Below are positions 50,057-59,711 of a stretch of 64,000 bases of DNA, piece by piece (position 1 is the first letter of the stretch; each line of letters begins with the position of its first letter). The notes below the pieces were generated by a model. It did not search any database. It saw only the letters and a program-made list of their open reading frames with translations, and was not told the origin of the DNA. Location of the stretch: contig JAHYJO010000001.1 of assembly GCA_019429125.1 (NCBI GenBank), positions 7,088 to 71,087 of the forward strand, read 5' to 3'. The stretch comes from Nanobdellati archaeon (lineage in GTDB: Archaea > EX4484-52 > GLR71). The position numbers were made by a program, and so were the translations under genes.

Positions 50057-50338
50057 TTAATTTAAATATAAAAATGTTTTGTATGTATTTGATTTATTTT
50101 TTATATTTTTGCAACAGTATTGTTTATGATGTTTGTTGATGCATATAAGATTATTAATGCAACTCATAAGAATACCAAGATAAAGAATGTTTTTTTCTAA
50201 GCTCATATCTTTTTTTAAAAGCAGTAGGAAGTATGCTATGCTGCTACCTATTGCCGGGCCAACTGGGTCGAAGAACAATCCTGCAACAGGTAACAATGCA
50301 TATAGATAATTGTATCTGTTGTTATTTTTATTTATCAT
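50057..50338 (-). CDS. Small hypothetical protein (93 aa), possibly membrane.
   Basis: ORF only. Confidence 0.25.
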   Translation of the reverse strand: MINKNNNRYNYLYALLPVAGLFFDPVGPAIGSSIAYFLLLLKKDMSLEKNILYLGILMSCINNLICINKHHKQYCCKNIKNKSNTYKTFLYLN

Positions 50339-50381
50339 ATTGTGTATTTAGGTGATTTGTGTTTATATGTTGTAGAAAATG

Positions 50382-50933
50382 TTAATTGTTGAGCATTTCT
50401 GCAATGCGTTTTTCTAGATTTTCTCGTTTTTTTTCAAGGTGCAGGTCAAAACTTTTGTTGATGTGTACTTTTTTGTCTGTGAATATGAATCCACCTATGA
50501 TGTCTGTGTGTGTTGGTTTTATCTTTTTTTTTGTGAGCATGTCTTCAGCTTTCTTGTCACCTTTTTTTATTGATACAGTCATGCCTTTTTTGTAGTTGTC
50601 ATTGAATGTTTTTTCAAGAAATGAGTCATAACTTTTAGATGTTATGAATTTTATTATGCTGTCATCTATCAATTTGTCAATCAGTTCTTTTCGTCGTTCC
50701 ATTATCTTTAGTTTTTGTTTGAGGCGCGCACGACCAAGCATCTGTTTTTCGGTTGTAAGGATATCTGTTTCAGATTCTTCTTTAATTTTTTGTTCTTCTT
50801 TTGCCATACTGGTTGCAAGGTCAAGCTTTATCAGGTTCAACTTTTCTGTGTTTTGGTGCTGTATCTGGTATATTTTTTCATCTGCTTCTCTTTTTATTTC
50901 AGAGAGGAGATCTTCGGCATGCATAGGAGTCAC
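50382..50933 (-). CDS. atpE: A/V-type ATP synthase subunit E.
   Basis: 183 aa, charged helical N-terminus. Fits E subunits in size and composition. Positioned in the canonical order between K and C. Confidence 0.65.
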   Translation of the reverse strand: MTPMHAEDLLSEIKREADEKIYQIQHQNTEKLNLIKLDLATSMAKEEQKIKEESETDILTTEKQMLGRARLKQKLKIMERRKELIDKLIDDSIIKFITSKSYDSFLEKTFNDNYKKGMTVSIKKGDKKAEDMLTKKKIKPTHTDIIGGFIFTDKKVHINKSFDLHLEKKRENLEKRIAEMLNN

Positions 50934-51061
50934 TATATTATTTGTGGTGTTTTCTGTATATATAGGTTGTATTGGTTATGGTTTTTTTTGATTTGTAGTG
51001 GGTGGGAAGTAGTGAAAAGAATAAGGTTTTTAAAGATTTATATTATATTAATTGATATTGA

Positions 51062-51724
51062 TTGGTGATTGTTTTGAGTGATACTGACGATAAATGGGAT
51101 AGTTCAGAACTTGGAGATTATATGCATAATTTAAGTAATATGGTAAACTTTCTGATTAAAGAACATTTAAAGACATATTATCCTCCTGGAGGTTTACAAT
51201 TTTCAGATTTATCTATAGATCTAAAGATGGAGCCTAAACCTATTATTCAAAATACATATGAGTCACATCAAAAGAATATTTCTTATGAACAGGTTAAATT
51301 GAGTATATATGCAATTACTGAATGGTATAATTTATTTACAACAGTACTTGAGGCAGATGATGTTGAGACTATTTATGGCATGATTGGTTTTGATGAGTCG
51401 TCAGATTATTCAAATCTTGAGAAGGTTGTAGGGACTGATAAGATAACTACATTTGATATGTTTAATTATTTAGACCCTATAGATGTTGAAGAAAGTAAGT
51501 ATGATGGGTATTTATCTGATATGTTTAATCATTCTGATTTAAAAATAGTTGTAGATAGTGATTATTCTGAACCCCATAAGAATTGTATTTGTTTTAATCT
51601 TTTTCCACAGGACTGTTCAAAAAATATTTTAGTTATTTATCGAGTTGATACATGTGATGTGTTTGTGAATACTAGGGGTTATACTAATCTGAATCCAAAT
51701 TATATAATTGATAAGTTTTTCTGA
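51062..51724 (+). CDS. Hypothetical protein (220 aa).
   Basis: ORF only. Confidence 0.4.
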   Translation: MVIVLSDTDDKWDSSELGDYMHNLSNMVNFLIKEHLKTYYPPGGLQFSDLSIDLKMEPKPIIQNTYESHQKNISYEQVKLSIYAITEWYNLFTTVLEADDVETIYGMIGFDESSDYSNLEKVVGTDKITTFDMFNYLDPIDVEESKYDGYLSDMFNHSDLKIVVDSDYSEPHKNCICFNLFPQDCSKNILVIYRVDTCDVFVNTRGYTNLNPNYIIDKFF

Positions 51725-51737
51725 GGGTTTAAGTTTC

Positions 51738-51977
51738 TCAAACTGTCACCAATCCGAAACCGAATGCTATCAGAATTATTGCAATTGCAAACCCGTAAAG
51801 TGCTTGAGTCTCTGTTAATACAGCCATGGCAATGGATTTCCCAAATAGTTTTTCATTTTCTGCGGTTGCACCAATTGCTGCCGCTACTGCTTTGCCCTGG
51901 CCTATGCCTGACCCGGCAGCGGCAAAACCTACTGCGATTCCTGCGCCAATTGCTATTAGACCAATCTGTTCAAGCAT
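51738..51977 (-). CDS. atpK: A/V-type ATP synthase proteolipid subunit K (c), copy with the conserved ion-binding Glu (…LTETQALYG…).
   Basis: 79 aa, two TM helices, GSGIGQG loop, E in the E-x-x-A-(I/L)-Y-G motif (codon gag). Confidence 0.85.
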   Translation of the reverse strand: MLEQIGLIAIGAGIAVGFAAAGSGIGQGKAVAAAIGATAENEKLFGKSIAMAVLTETQALYGFAIAIILIAFGFGLVTV

Positions 51978-51992
51978 TTTTTATCATCTCTA

Positions 51993-52247
51993 TTAAATAA
52001 TTATGAGGCCGAAGCCGAAAGCAATCAATATGAAGGCGATTGCAAAACCGTAGAGCGCCTGGGTCTGGACAAGGACCGACATCGCAAGCATCTTTCCGAA
52101 TGCGTTCTGGTTCTTGGCTGTCCTCTCTATCGCTTCTCGTGTGGTTGTCCCTTGACCTATGCCTGATCCGGCAGATGCTACACCCACTGCAATTGCAGCG
52201 CCAATGGCTATAAGTCCAAGAGCTGCAAATTGTGTTTCAGCTATCAT
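51993..52247 (-). CDS. atpK: A/V-type ATP synthase proteolipid subunit K paralog with Gln replacing the conserved ion-binding Glu (…LVQTQALYG…).
   Basis: 84 aa. Aligns along its full length with the neighbouring copy. Codon cag at the position of gag. Confidence 0.85.
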   Translation of the reverse strand: MIAETQFAALGLIAIGAAIAVGVASAGSGIGQGTTTREAIERTAKNQNAFGKMLAMSVLVQTQALYGFAIAFILIAFGFGLIII

Positions 52248-52322
52248 ATAGATTACTACCTGATTATTTTTTGGTGTTATATGTATAAATAAGTTATAAC
52301 AAAAAGAAAATAAAAAATATTT

Positions 52323-52700
52323 TTATCTTGCAGTTTCGTCAGATTCCATAAGGCCTAATACATTCCCTTCAGGGTCCCTGAATACGGCCATGTAACCGAT
52401 GGTCGGGATGGGGGTCTTGGGCATGAGTATTGTGCCATGGTTATCTTTTATTTTCGTTATGTAGATGTTAATTGAAAAAACCTCAATTGTGTTTCTTGCC
52501 AGATTAGCATCTTTTTCTCTTTTTACTAATCCACCATCTATGCCAGGCATATCTGGATTACCTGTCATGATCTGCCAGTATTCCATAGGGCCTTTCCATT
52601 TCTTAAATGTCCAGCCGAAGACATCTTTATAGAATTTTATGGCTCTTTCTGGTGTCTCTGTATCTATCTCAAAGTGAACAACTCTTGGCATTTTTATCAC
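52323..52700 (-). CDS. VOC / glyoxalase-bleomycin-resistance family protein.
   Basis: 125 aa. MIKMPRVVHFEIDTETPERAIKFYKDVFGW... is typical of the VOC fold. Confidence 0.65.
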   Translation of the reverse strand: MIKMPRVVHFEIDTETPERAIKFYKDVFGWTFKKWKGPMEYWQIMTGNPDMPGIDGGLVKREKDANLARNTIEVFSINIYITKIKDNHGTILMPKTPIPTIGYMAVFRDPEGNVLGLMESDETAR

Positions 52701-52931
52701 CTTTTATCAAGTTAATTAAGGTTATAATATATATTATGTAATATATATTCCAACGTATATAAACGTGTATTTATTATCTTGTTTGAAATATAGCAAACTC
52801 CGAAAGTAATTTCGTATTTGTATCAAATATTTATGTTATGGATACCTTTTTTTCAGAAAATTAATTGAAAAACATTGTTGGTTTGCTATAATTTAATCTT
52901 ATTATTTTGTTAGTATGTAGGACTAATTGAT

Positions 52932-53687
52932 ATGGAGTCTGTTTTTTTTGTAAAGATTAAATGTAATATTTATATTATGTCGTTTTCAAATAAATGTATG
53001 CGATATTCAATTGTGGGTAAAGATTTTGTCATTTGCAGTGATATGGATAAGTTATTGATTGATAGTGGTTTTATCTGTGACAATGATAATCCTGAGGTTG
53101 TATTTTCGTGTGGTGGCGATGGGGCTATACTTGTCTCTGAAAGATTGTATCCTGGAATTCCTAAAGTAACAATTAGATATAGTGACATGGGGCATAAATG
53201 CGTATTTGATAAGGCTGATATTGAAAATGTTATTGAGTGCATAAAAAATAATGATTATAAAATTCGTGAATATATAAAACTTGAAGCTGTCTGTGACGGT
53301 GAAAAAGGTGTGGCATCAAATGAGGTGCAGGTACATAACAAGAGACCCACACGGGCTGTAAGGTTCAATGTCTATGTCAACGGCAAGATTTTATATGATA
53401 ATGTCGTAGGGGATGGTATTGTAATTTCTACTCCTTTCGGGGCGAGCGCATATTACAGGTCTGTTGGTGGCAAACAGTTTGATAAAGGGATTGGTATTGC
53501 ACTGAACAATCCGGTCGACAAGAAATCTAGTATGGTTGTTTCAGATTCGTCTGTGATTGAGATTGAGATGTTGCGAGAAGTTGGGCAGGTATTTTGTGAC
53601 AATCATTGTGAGGGTATGATGCTTCTTGCGCCGGGTAAAAAGGTATTTATTAAGAAATCTGAGGGGACTGCTAAATTTATTGTTTGA
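52932..53687 (+). CDS. ppnK: NAD kinase.
   Basis: GGDGAIL motif and NVVGDGIVISTPFGASAYYRSVGG (NAD-kinase DGxxxxTPxGSTAY-like). Confidence 0.8.
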   Translation: MESVFFVKIKCNIYIMSFSNKCMRYSIVGKDFVICSDMDKLLIDSGFICDNDNPEVVFSCGGDGAILVSERLYPGIPKVTIRYSDMGHKCVFDKADIENVIECIKNNDYKIREYIKLEAVCDGEKGVASNEVQVHNKRPTRAVRFNVYVNGKILYDNVVGDGIVISTPFGASAYYRSVGGKQFDKGIGIALNNPVDKKSSMVVSDSSVIEIEMLREVGQVFCDNHCEGMMLLAPGKKVFIKKSEGTAKFIV

Positions 53688-53735
53688 TTTTTAAAGGATT
53701 TATTCATTTTTATATTGTTATAGGGTGTTGATTTT

Positions 53736-54923
53736 ATGGCTGAAGATATTTATCAAAGATCGTTGGATGCGCACAAGCGCGCTAAAGGTAAGATTGCAAT
53801 ACTGCCTAAGATGCCGGTTGCTACAAAAAATGATTTGTCTATAGCTTATACGCCGGGTGTTGCTGAACCTTGCAGGCAGATACATAAAAATTCTGGTTTG
53901 GTTTATGATTATACATCAAAAGGTAATCTTGTGGCTGTCGTGACAGATGGTAGTGCGGTTTTAGGTCTCGGTAACATTGGGCCATTGGCTGCTCTGCCGG
54001 TCATGGAAGGTAAATCTATTCTTTTTAAGGCGTTTGGTGACGTTGATGCGATACCAATTTGTCTTGATACACAAGATGTTGATGAGATTGTTAAGACTGT
54101 TAAGTTAATCGCGCCAACATTTGGTGGTATCAATCTTGAGGATATATCTGCACCGCGATGTTTTGAGGTTGAGAGTCAGCTTAAGGCTGAGCTTGATATA
54201 CCAGTGTTCCATGATGATCAGCACGGAACGGCTATTGTTGTACTTGCTGCGCTTATTAATGCGTCAAAGGTTGTGGGTAAAGATATACATAAGATGAATA
54301 TTGTCATGTCTGGGGCAGGGGCTGCGGGCATAGCTATAGCTAATATTCTTTTGGATTATAGTATCGGTGACATGATTGTGTGCGATTCTGTGGGTGCAAT
54401 TTATTTAGGCCGAAAAGATAATATGAACACTGAGAAGGAAATTTTGGCAAAGATTACGAATCGCGGTCTTAAAGACGGTAAACTTGGTTCTGTAATTTCA
54501 GGTGCTGATGTCTTTATAGGCGTATCAAAACCAGGTGTCCTCACAAAAGAGATGGTTGCAACTATGGCAACTGACGCTATCGTATTTGCTATGGCTAATC
54601 CTGTGCCTGAAATTATGCCGGATGTTGCAAAAGAAGCAGGCGCAAAAGTTGTGGGCACTGGTCGGTCGGATTTTCCTAATCAGATAAACAATGTATTAGC
54701 GTTTCCTGGTATATTTCGCGGTGCATTGGACGTGCGCGCAAGCGACATAAATAGTGAGATGAATCTTGCGGCTGCAATGGCTATTGCTGGTCTTGTTGAT
54801 GATTCAAAGTTAGATGCTGAGCATGTTATTCCTTTGGCGACAGATAAGAATGTTGCAAAAGCTGTTGCAAAAGCTGTGTCTGTAGCAGCAAGAAAAAGTG
54901 GGGTTGCTCGGGTTTTGGATTGA
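53736..54923 (+). CDS. NAD(P)-dependent malic enzyme (short archaeal/bacterial type).
   Basis: 395 aa. YTPGVAEPC, Rossmann GAGAAGIA, VFHDDQHGTA, ANPVPE motifs. Confidence 0.85.
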   Translation: MAEDIYQRSLDAHKRAKGKIAILPKMPVATKNDLSIAYTPGVAEPCRQIHKNSGLVYDYTSKGNLVAVVTDGSAVLGLGNIGPLAALPVMEGKSILFKAFGDVDAIPICLDTQDVDEIVKTVKLIAPTFGGINLEDISAPRCFEVESQLKAELDIPVFHDDQHGTAIVVLAALINASKVVGKDIHKMNIVMSGAGAAGIAIANILLDYSIGDMIVCDSVGAIYLGRKDNMNTEKEILAKITNRGLKDGKLGSVISGADVFIGVSKPGVLTKEMVATMATDAIVFAMANPVPEIMPDVAKEAGAKVVGTGRSDFPNQINNVLAFPGIFRGALDVRASDINSEMNLAAAMAIAGLVDDSKLDAEHVIPLATDKNVAKAVAKAVSVAARKSGVARVLD

Positions 54924-54973
54924 TTTGTGGATGATGGTATTTTTTTAGTTTTTTATTCATTTTAAGTTATAAT

Positions 54974-55843
54974 GTGTGGTTTATTTTATATTTTATCTTG
55001 TGTAAAATTAGAGTTATGTCTGTTAAAGCGTCAGATTATAGTATTGAGTATTCATTAGTTGATGGGATGCCTACTCATAATATTTTTATCCGGCTTAATG
55101 ATACTTTTGCAGATTATTTAAAAAACTCGTATTATCCTAATAATAAGGATAAGTATGATGAAATTGCATTGAATGCTATGAAAATCAATAATTGTTCTGA
55201 AGATAATATTGATATCATTGAAAACAAAAGTGTATGTAATTGGGAGGGTGGAGTATTAGATAATATAATGTTTCCAGTAGGCAGTGCTGTTAGTTTAGTG
55301 ATTGAATATAATACTGATTTTGGAACAATATATAGGTCACATAATGTGGATAATATTTCCAAGATGTCTGTTCTTATGACTGTCATTACAAATTATCTTT
55401 CAAATATGAGCATGTCTTTTGAACATTTTAAGTCTGGTGAGCGAGGGAATTATAAGATTTGGTATAATATAAATGATAAGACACCCTATCATGATATTTC
55501 TGTAGAGATTTCGGATGATTTTCTAGAATCATTGAAATATTTAGATGTGAATAAAAAATATTATGATAAAATTGCTATTGATGCTATGAAAATTTGTGGC
55601 GTAGATAAAATCTTTATAGATGCTGCAGAAGTTACAGAGGTTTGTGATTGGGATGATGGGTTATTAAAACATATTATCTTGCCTTATAGGGATGCAACTG
55701 AATTGGTTCTTGAATTTGATACACCTTATGGGAATGTTTATAAATCACATAATGTGAATGGTTACGTACAGATGGCTGTTCTTATGACAGTAATTACAAA
55801 TTATTTTTCTGATATGGATTTGATATTATCACGTGATTTTTAG
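54974..55843 (+). CDS. Hypothetical protein (289 aa) made of two tandem ~140-aa domains.
   Basis: Internal repeat: ...YDEIALNAMKINNCSEDNIDIIENKSVCNWEGGVLDNIMFP...SVLMTVITNYLSNM and ...YDKIAIDAMKICGVDKIFIDAAEVTEVCDWDDGLLKHIILP...AVLMTVITNYFSDM. Confidence 0.5.
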   Translation: MWFILYFILCKIRVMSVKASDYSIEYSLVDGMPTHNIFIRLNDTFADYLKNSYYPNNKDKYDEIALNAMKINNCSEDNIDIIENKSVCNWEGGVLDNIMFPVGSAVSLVIEYNTDFGTIYRSHNVDNISKMSVLMTVITNYLSNMSMSFEHFKSGERGNYKIWYNINDKTPYHDISVEISDDFLESLKYLDVNKKYYDKIAIDAMKICGVDKIFIDAAEVTEVCDWDDGLLKHIILPYRDATELVLEFDTPYGNVYKSHNVNGYVQMAVLMTVITNYFSDMDLILSRDF

Positions 55844-56200
55844 GGATTTATTTTTTATTCGTGATTGAATTTCTTTCTTATTGAAAGGATTATAAAGCCG
55901 TATTTTTCTATATCTTCTTTTGTGTGATATTTCTCCATGTCTTTTGTGTTGAACTTGTAGAGAATCTCACAGTCTTGGGTCTTGTCTGTAAGTGTATCTG
56001 TTCCGTTTTTTTGTTCTTTCAATACTAATGTGTCGTCTTCTTTGCAATCAAAATCTGCAAGTCTTACTTCAAATCGTTTTGCGCTCTCACTAATTGCATT
56101 GAAATATTTTTATTAAACCATTTTTTCAATTTTCATAGTTTTCACTTTTATATTTATTATTTCTTATTTTGATTTGTGGTATTATCTTTATTACTTGTAA

Positions 56201-57991
56201 TTATCTACTATATTTGTTCTTGTTCTCTAACGGTTTGAATTCTTCACCGCCTGATTCGTAGAATCTTTCAAAGAATTCCACATAGTGTAATCGCATTGAA
56301 TGGACAAATGCGCTCACAACGTTTAATGCCATGTTTAAGCTGTGGCCGATAACAAAGACTAGTCCTGCAAGGATGATTGATAATTTTGCGGCTGCAGTCA
56401 CACCCATGTTTATCACGAACTGGAGCCAGGAGGTTGCAACGGCCAAGGCCATAAGACGTATGTAGGATATCCAGGATCCGAAAAATGAGGGTACTGATAA
56501 TATCCCTGTTGGGCCGTCTTTTGATCTGTAGATGATGGTTGCTATTATTAATATGCATCCGATTGATTTAGGTATTCCTTGTCCTATGACTAGTATTGTT
56601 ACTCCTATTTCAAGCGATACCCAGGATAGGGGGTCAAGGATATTTTTGCTTTTTGATTTTATCTTTGAATATAGGTCAAGCGCTAGGCCGAAATTTATGT
56701 GGACTAGACCTATAGCTAAAGATACTTTTAAGATGGTTATTGGGTCGCGGAGCGCGTCAAAAACTGAGACGAAACCTAAGAAGTCACCGAATATGCTCCC
56801 GAAAATGAGACCTGCAAAAATTGTTGCGACAGAAGACACTATCATAATATAGGATAATGCTTTGAGATCTTTGTCGTCTGTCTTTAAATATGCGAAAAGC
56901 GATGCTGCAAGGAGTATGAGACCGTAGGCCATATCTGTCAACATTATCGCGAAAAATATTGGGAATGCGACGGCGATAAATATTGTGGGGTCAATGCCTT
57001 CATATTCTGGAAGGCCGAACCATCTTGTCAATTTTTCAAAAGGTTGCGCAAAATTCGGGTTTTTCAGTTTTATTGGTGGTTCTGTTTTTGGTTTTTGTGT
57101 GTATACTACTATGTTTTCTATAGTTTCAAGCTCTTTTATGTTTGTAGTGGGTATCCAGCCTCGTAAGACAAATGTCTTTTCTGTATGGTTCAATAGTTTT
57201 TCTTTTGAAAGGCGGGTTTTTATGTTTTCCCATCGCTCTTCGTAGGCTAGGATTTTGTTTTTTTCTTTTTGAATAAGTTTTTCTGATTCTTTTATTTTGA
57301 GCGTCTCTTTGTCTATGGTGTCTAGTTCTGTTTTGGTTTCTTTTATGTTATCTTTTATTGTTTTTGTTGCGTCTATTTTTTCAAGATACATGTATTTTTT
57401 AATATCAATCCAGATCTCTTTTTTTGCTATGAATATGATATATTTCGTATCTTCTGTTTCATCTATGACCTTTAGGTCGCAGTTATCTTTTATCTTGTCA
57501 AAATCTTTTGTTTTGACTGATGCTATTGAACTTATGTATTTTTTTGTATCTGAAAATGCATTGTCTTTTATGTTGACGTGTGCGAAATGGTTTAAGAAAT
57601 CTAGTTTTTTTTCTGTTGCATTTTTTTTGTCACTAAATATTTTTTCACTTTCAAGGATGTTTTTTGCATTTTTAAATAGTGGTTCTATGTATATTTTTGA
57701 TACTGTTGCAAAAGCTATGTCTTCTGTTTCTGGTATTTGTATTATTTTTGTATCTTTTTTAAATATGTTCTTTTTTGTGTCAAGTACTTTTTTAATCGTT
57801 CTTATATGGTCAAGATTTATGACTGTCTCGTGTATGAGTTCTTTTGGTGTTTCTAAATTGCCTGTATTTTCCGTTTTGGTCAAGTGTATGGTGCCTAAAT
57901 GTTGCAATCTTTTCAAGATATCATCTTTCTCCTTTCGTAGCCCAAGGATGTATATCTCTTCCATCTTTTCGGGTCTGAACATAAATATCAC
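56201..57991 (-). CDS. atpI: A/V-type ATP synthase subunit I (a-subunit).
   Basis: 596 aa. MIFMFRPEKMEEIYILGL N-terminus, soluble coiled N-half, polytopic C-half. Confidence 0.8.
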   Translation of the reverse strand: MIFMFRPEKMEEIYILGLRKEKDDILKRLQHLGTIHLTKTENTGNLETPKELIHETVINLDHIRTIKKVLDTKKNIFKKDTKIIQIPETEDIAFATVSKIYIEPLFKNAKNILESEKIFSDKKNATEKKLDFLNHFAHVNIKDNAFSDTKKYISSIASVKTKDFDKIKDNCDLKVIDETEDTKYIIFIAKKEIWIDIKKYMYLEKIDATKTIKDNIKETKTELDTIDKETLKIKESEKLIQKEKNKILAYEERWENIKTRLSKEKLLNHTEKTFVLRGWIPTTNIKELETIENIVVYTQKPKTEPPIKLKNPNFAQPFEKLTRWFGLPEYEGIDPTIFIAVAFPIFFAIMLTDMAYGLILLAASLFAYLKTDDKDLKALSYIMIVSSVATIFAGLIFGSIFGDFLGFVSVFDALRDPITILKVSLAIGLVHINFGLALDLYSKIKSKSKNILDPLSWVSLEIGVTILVIGQGIPKSIGCILIIATIIYRSKDGPTGILSVPSFFGSWISYIRLMALAVATSWLQFVINMGVTAAAKLSIILAGLVFVIGHSLNMALNVVSAFVHSMRLHYVEFFERFYESGGEEFKPLENKNKYSR

Positions 57992-58311
57992 TTTTTATCT
58001 TCTGTGTTAAGGTATTTTATTATGAAGGTGAGTAGTTCTTTCTTTTTGTCTTTATAGTTCTCTTCAAGTAGCCTTATGTTTTTGTCTGTCTCCTTGTTCA
58101 TTGCGTGTATCTCGTTTTCAACAAGTTTCAATCGTTCTGCCTTTTCTATCTCTATCTTTGTCTTGACAGTTTTTTTGTGCTCTTTAAGTTTTTTTATATT
58201 TGTTATCTTTTCAGATTTCAATCTAAGGTTCCAGCTTTTTTCAAGGAGAGTTATGTTTTTCTCCATTTTATTTTCAGTTTCTGTGATTTTTTCTATGGTG
58301 CGCTCTATCAT
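57988..58311 (-). CDS. atpH: A/V-type ATP synthase subunit H (107-aa coiled-coil).
   Basis: K/E-rich coiled coil. 4-nt overlap with atpI. First in the canonical H-I-K-E-C-F-A-B-D order. Confidence 0.6.
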   Translation of the reverse strand: MIERTIEKITETENKMEKNITLLEKSWNLRLKSEKITNIKKLKEHKKTVKTKIEIEKAERLKLVENEIHAMNKETDKNIRLLEENYKDKKKELLTFIIKYLNTEDKK

Positions 58312-58414
58312 AGTTCTTATTTTGGTGGCTTGTGTATATATTGGTTAATGGGTTTATTATTTTTGTGCACATCAAGATGGTAACTTATTTATACGCATGT
58401 GATAAATATGTGTT

Positions 58415-59155
58415 GTGTCTATTATGGCTTTTTACAATGTCATATTTTACAGTGTGCTTGCTGCCATTATTACAGTAGCTTCAGCTGGTATATTTTTGCA
58501 TTATAAAAAGTGGACACGTCAAAATCTTGTATTCCTCATATCTTTTGCATCTGGGTTTTTGCTTTCTGTGGCATTTATTCATCTGATTCCTGAAGCTATT
58601 GAACTTGCAGGGAGCAATTCAATGCTTGTTCTTCTTTCGGGGTTTTTTTTGATATATTTTTTAGAGAAGACTATAATGATTCATTCATGTGTTGAGGCGG
58701 GAGAAGAGAAGTGCGATGTGCATAAGATGGGTATGGGTGCATTGATTGGGCTTTCGCTTCACTCTGTTTTTGACGGGATTGCAATCGGTGCCGGTTTTGA
58801 GGTGAGTAACACAATTGGTCTAATTGCAGCAATCGGTGTACTGATACATAAGCTTCCTGAAGGTCTTTCGATTATGAGTGTCATGCTTGCGGCAGACTAC
58901 AAGGAGAAGCAGGCTATGTTGCGCGTGGTATTGATTGCGTTCGGGACGCCAGTAGGTGCATTGATATCATATTTTTTGCTTGCTGGTATAGTGCCGTTTT
59001 TTATTGGTTATGCACTTGCGTTCTCTGCCGGGACTTTCATATATATAGCGGCATCAGACCTTATTCCGCAGACACATGACTGCAAAAGCATAAATACGCT
59101 TGTCATGTTTGCATTTGGGATAATTACATTGTTGTCTGTTATGGTGCTTTTTTGA
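58415..59155 (+). CDS. ZIP-family divalent metal transporter.
   Basis: 246 aa, polytopic. HSVFDGIAIG and HKLPEG motifs. Confidence 0.8.
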   Translation: MSIMAFYNVIFYSVLAAIITVASAGIFLHYKKWTRQNLVFLISFASGFLLSVAFIHLIPEAIELAGSNSMLVLLSGFFLIYFLEKTIMIHSCVEAGEEKCDVHKMGMGALIGLSLHSVFDGIAIGAGFEVSNTIGLIAAIGVLIHKLPEGLSIMSVMLAADYKEKQAMLRVVLIAFGTPVGALISYFLLAGIVPFFIGYALAFSAGTFIYIAASDLIPQTHDCKSINTLVMFAFGIITLLSVMVLF

Positions 59156-59202
59156 GAAATTGAGATGAAAAAACAAGAAAAACTGTATTTATTTTTATTT
59201 GT

Positions 59203-59373
59203 CTATTTTATAATGCAGTTTGCGGGACAGATATCTATACAGTCGCCACAGTCTATGCATTTTTTTGCGTTAACCACAGGACCTTTGTCACCCTCAACTA
59301 AAGCGCCATGTACACATGTGCTGACACAGGCCATGCATTGCATACAATCATCAAGATTTATTTTTACTGCCAT
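59203..59373 (-). CDS. Small 2x[4Fe-4S] ferredoxin (56 aa). Not in the supplied ORF track because it is under 60 aa.
   Basis: Manual translation of the minus strand: MAVKINLDDCMQCMACVSTCVHGALVEGDKGPVVNAKKCIDCGDCIDICPANCIIK. Two CxxCxxCxxxC(P) clusters. The track ORF on the + strand at 59165-59410 is its shadow. Confidence 0.65.
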   Translation of the reverse strand: MAVKINLDDCMQCMACVSTCVHGALVEGDKGPVVNAKKCIDCGDCIDICPANCIIK

Positions 59374-59711
59374 AATATTCACATCTATATTTTTATTTTA
59401 TTGTTTTTGATTTATATTTATTTATTGTTGTGATTTATATATTTTATAGTTTTGATGTTCTTTGATGTTTTGTTCTGTGGGTGTTATTTTTTTGTATTTA
59501 TTGGTTGTTATTTGTTATTTATTTTTTTTATTTTTATTTTTATTTTTATTTTTAGAATCGGTATATTTGTCAGATGAACTACTAATAGATGAACCTTAAT
59601 TCAGATACATTTATATCCATTTCGTAATAAATATATTTTCCAATCAATATCCTTTTTAATCTTTCCCTACAAATATCTTTTACTTTTGGAAGTAGTTTGT
59701 ATTATCTGAAA

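Noticed and set aside
55860-56130. Possible small minus-strand ORF in the spacer between 54974-55843 and atpI
   Set aside because: No ATG in frame. Only a 54-aa TTG-initiated reading. No recognisable features.
56532-58383. ORFs on the + strand across atpI/atpH (57297-58010, 58076-58383 and others)
   Set aside because: Antisense to atpI/atpH. Phe/Ser-rich translations typical of reading an AT-rich gene backwards.
59165-59410. 81-aa + strand ORF from the track
   Set aside because: The minus strand here encodes a textbook 2x[4Fe-4S] ferredoxin. The + strand ORF has no features and is the shadow.
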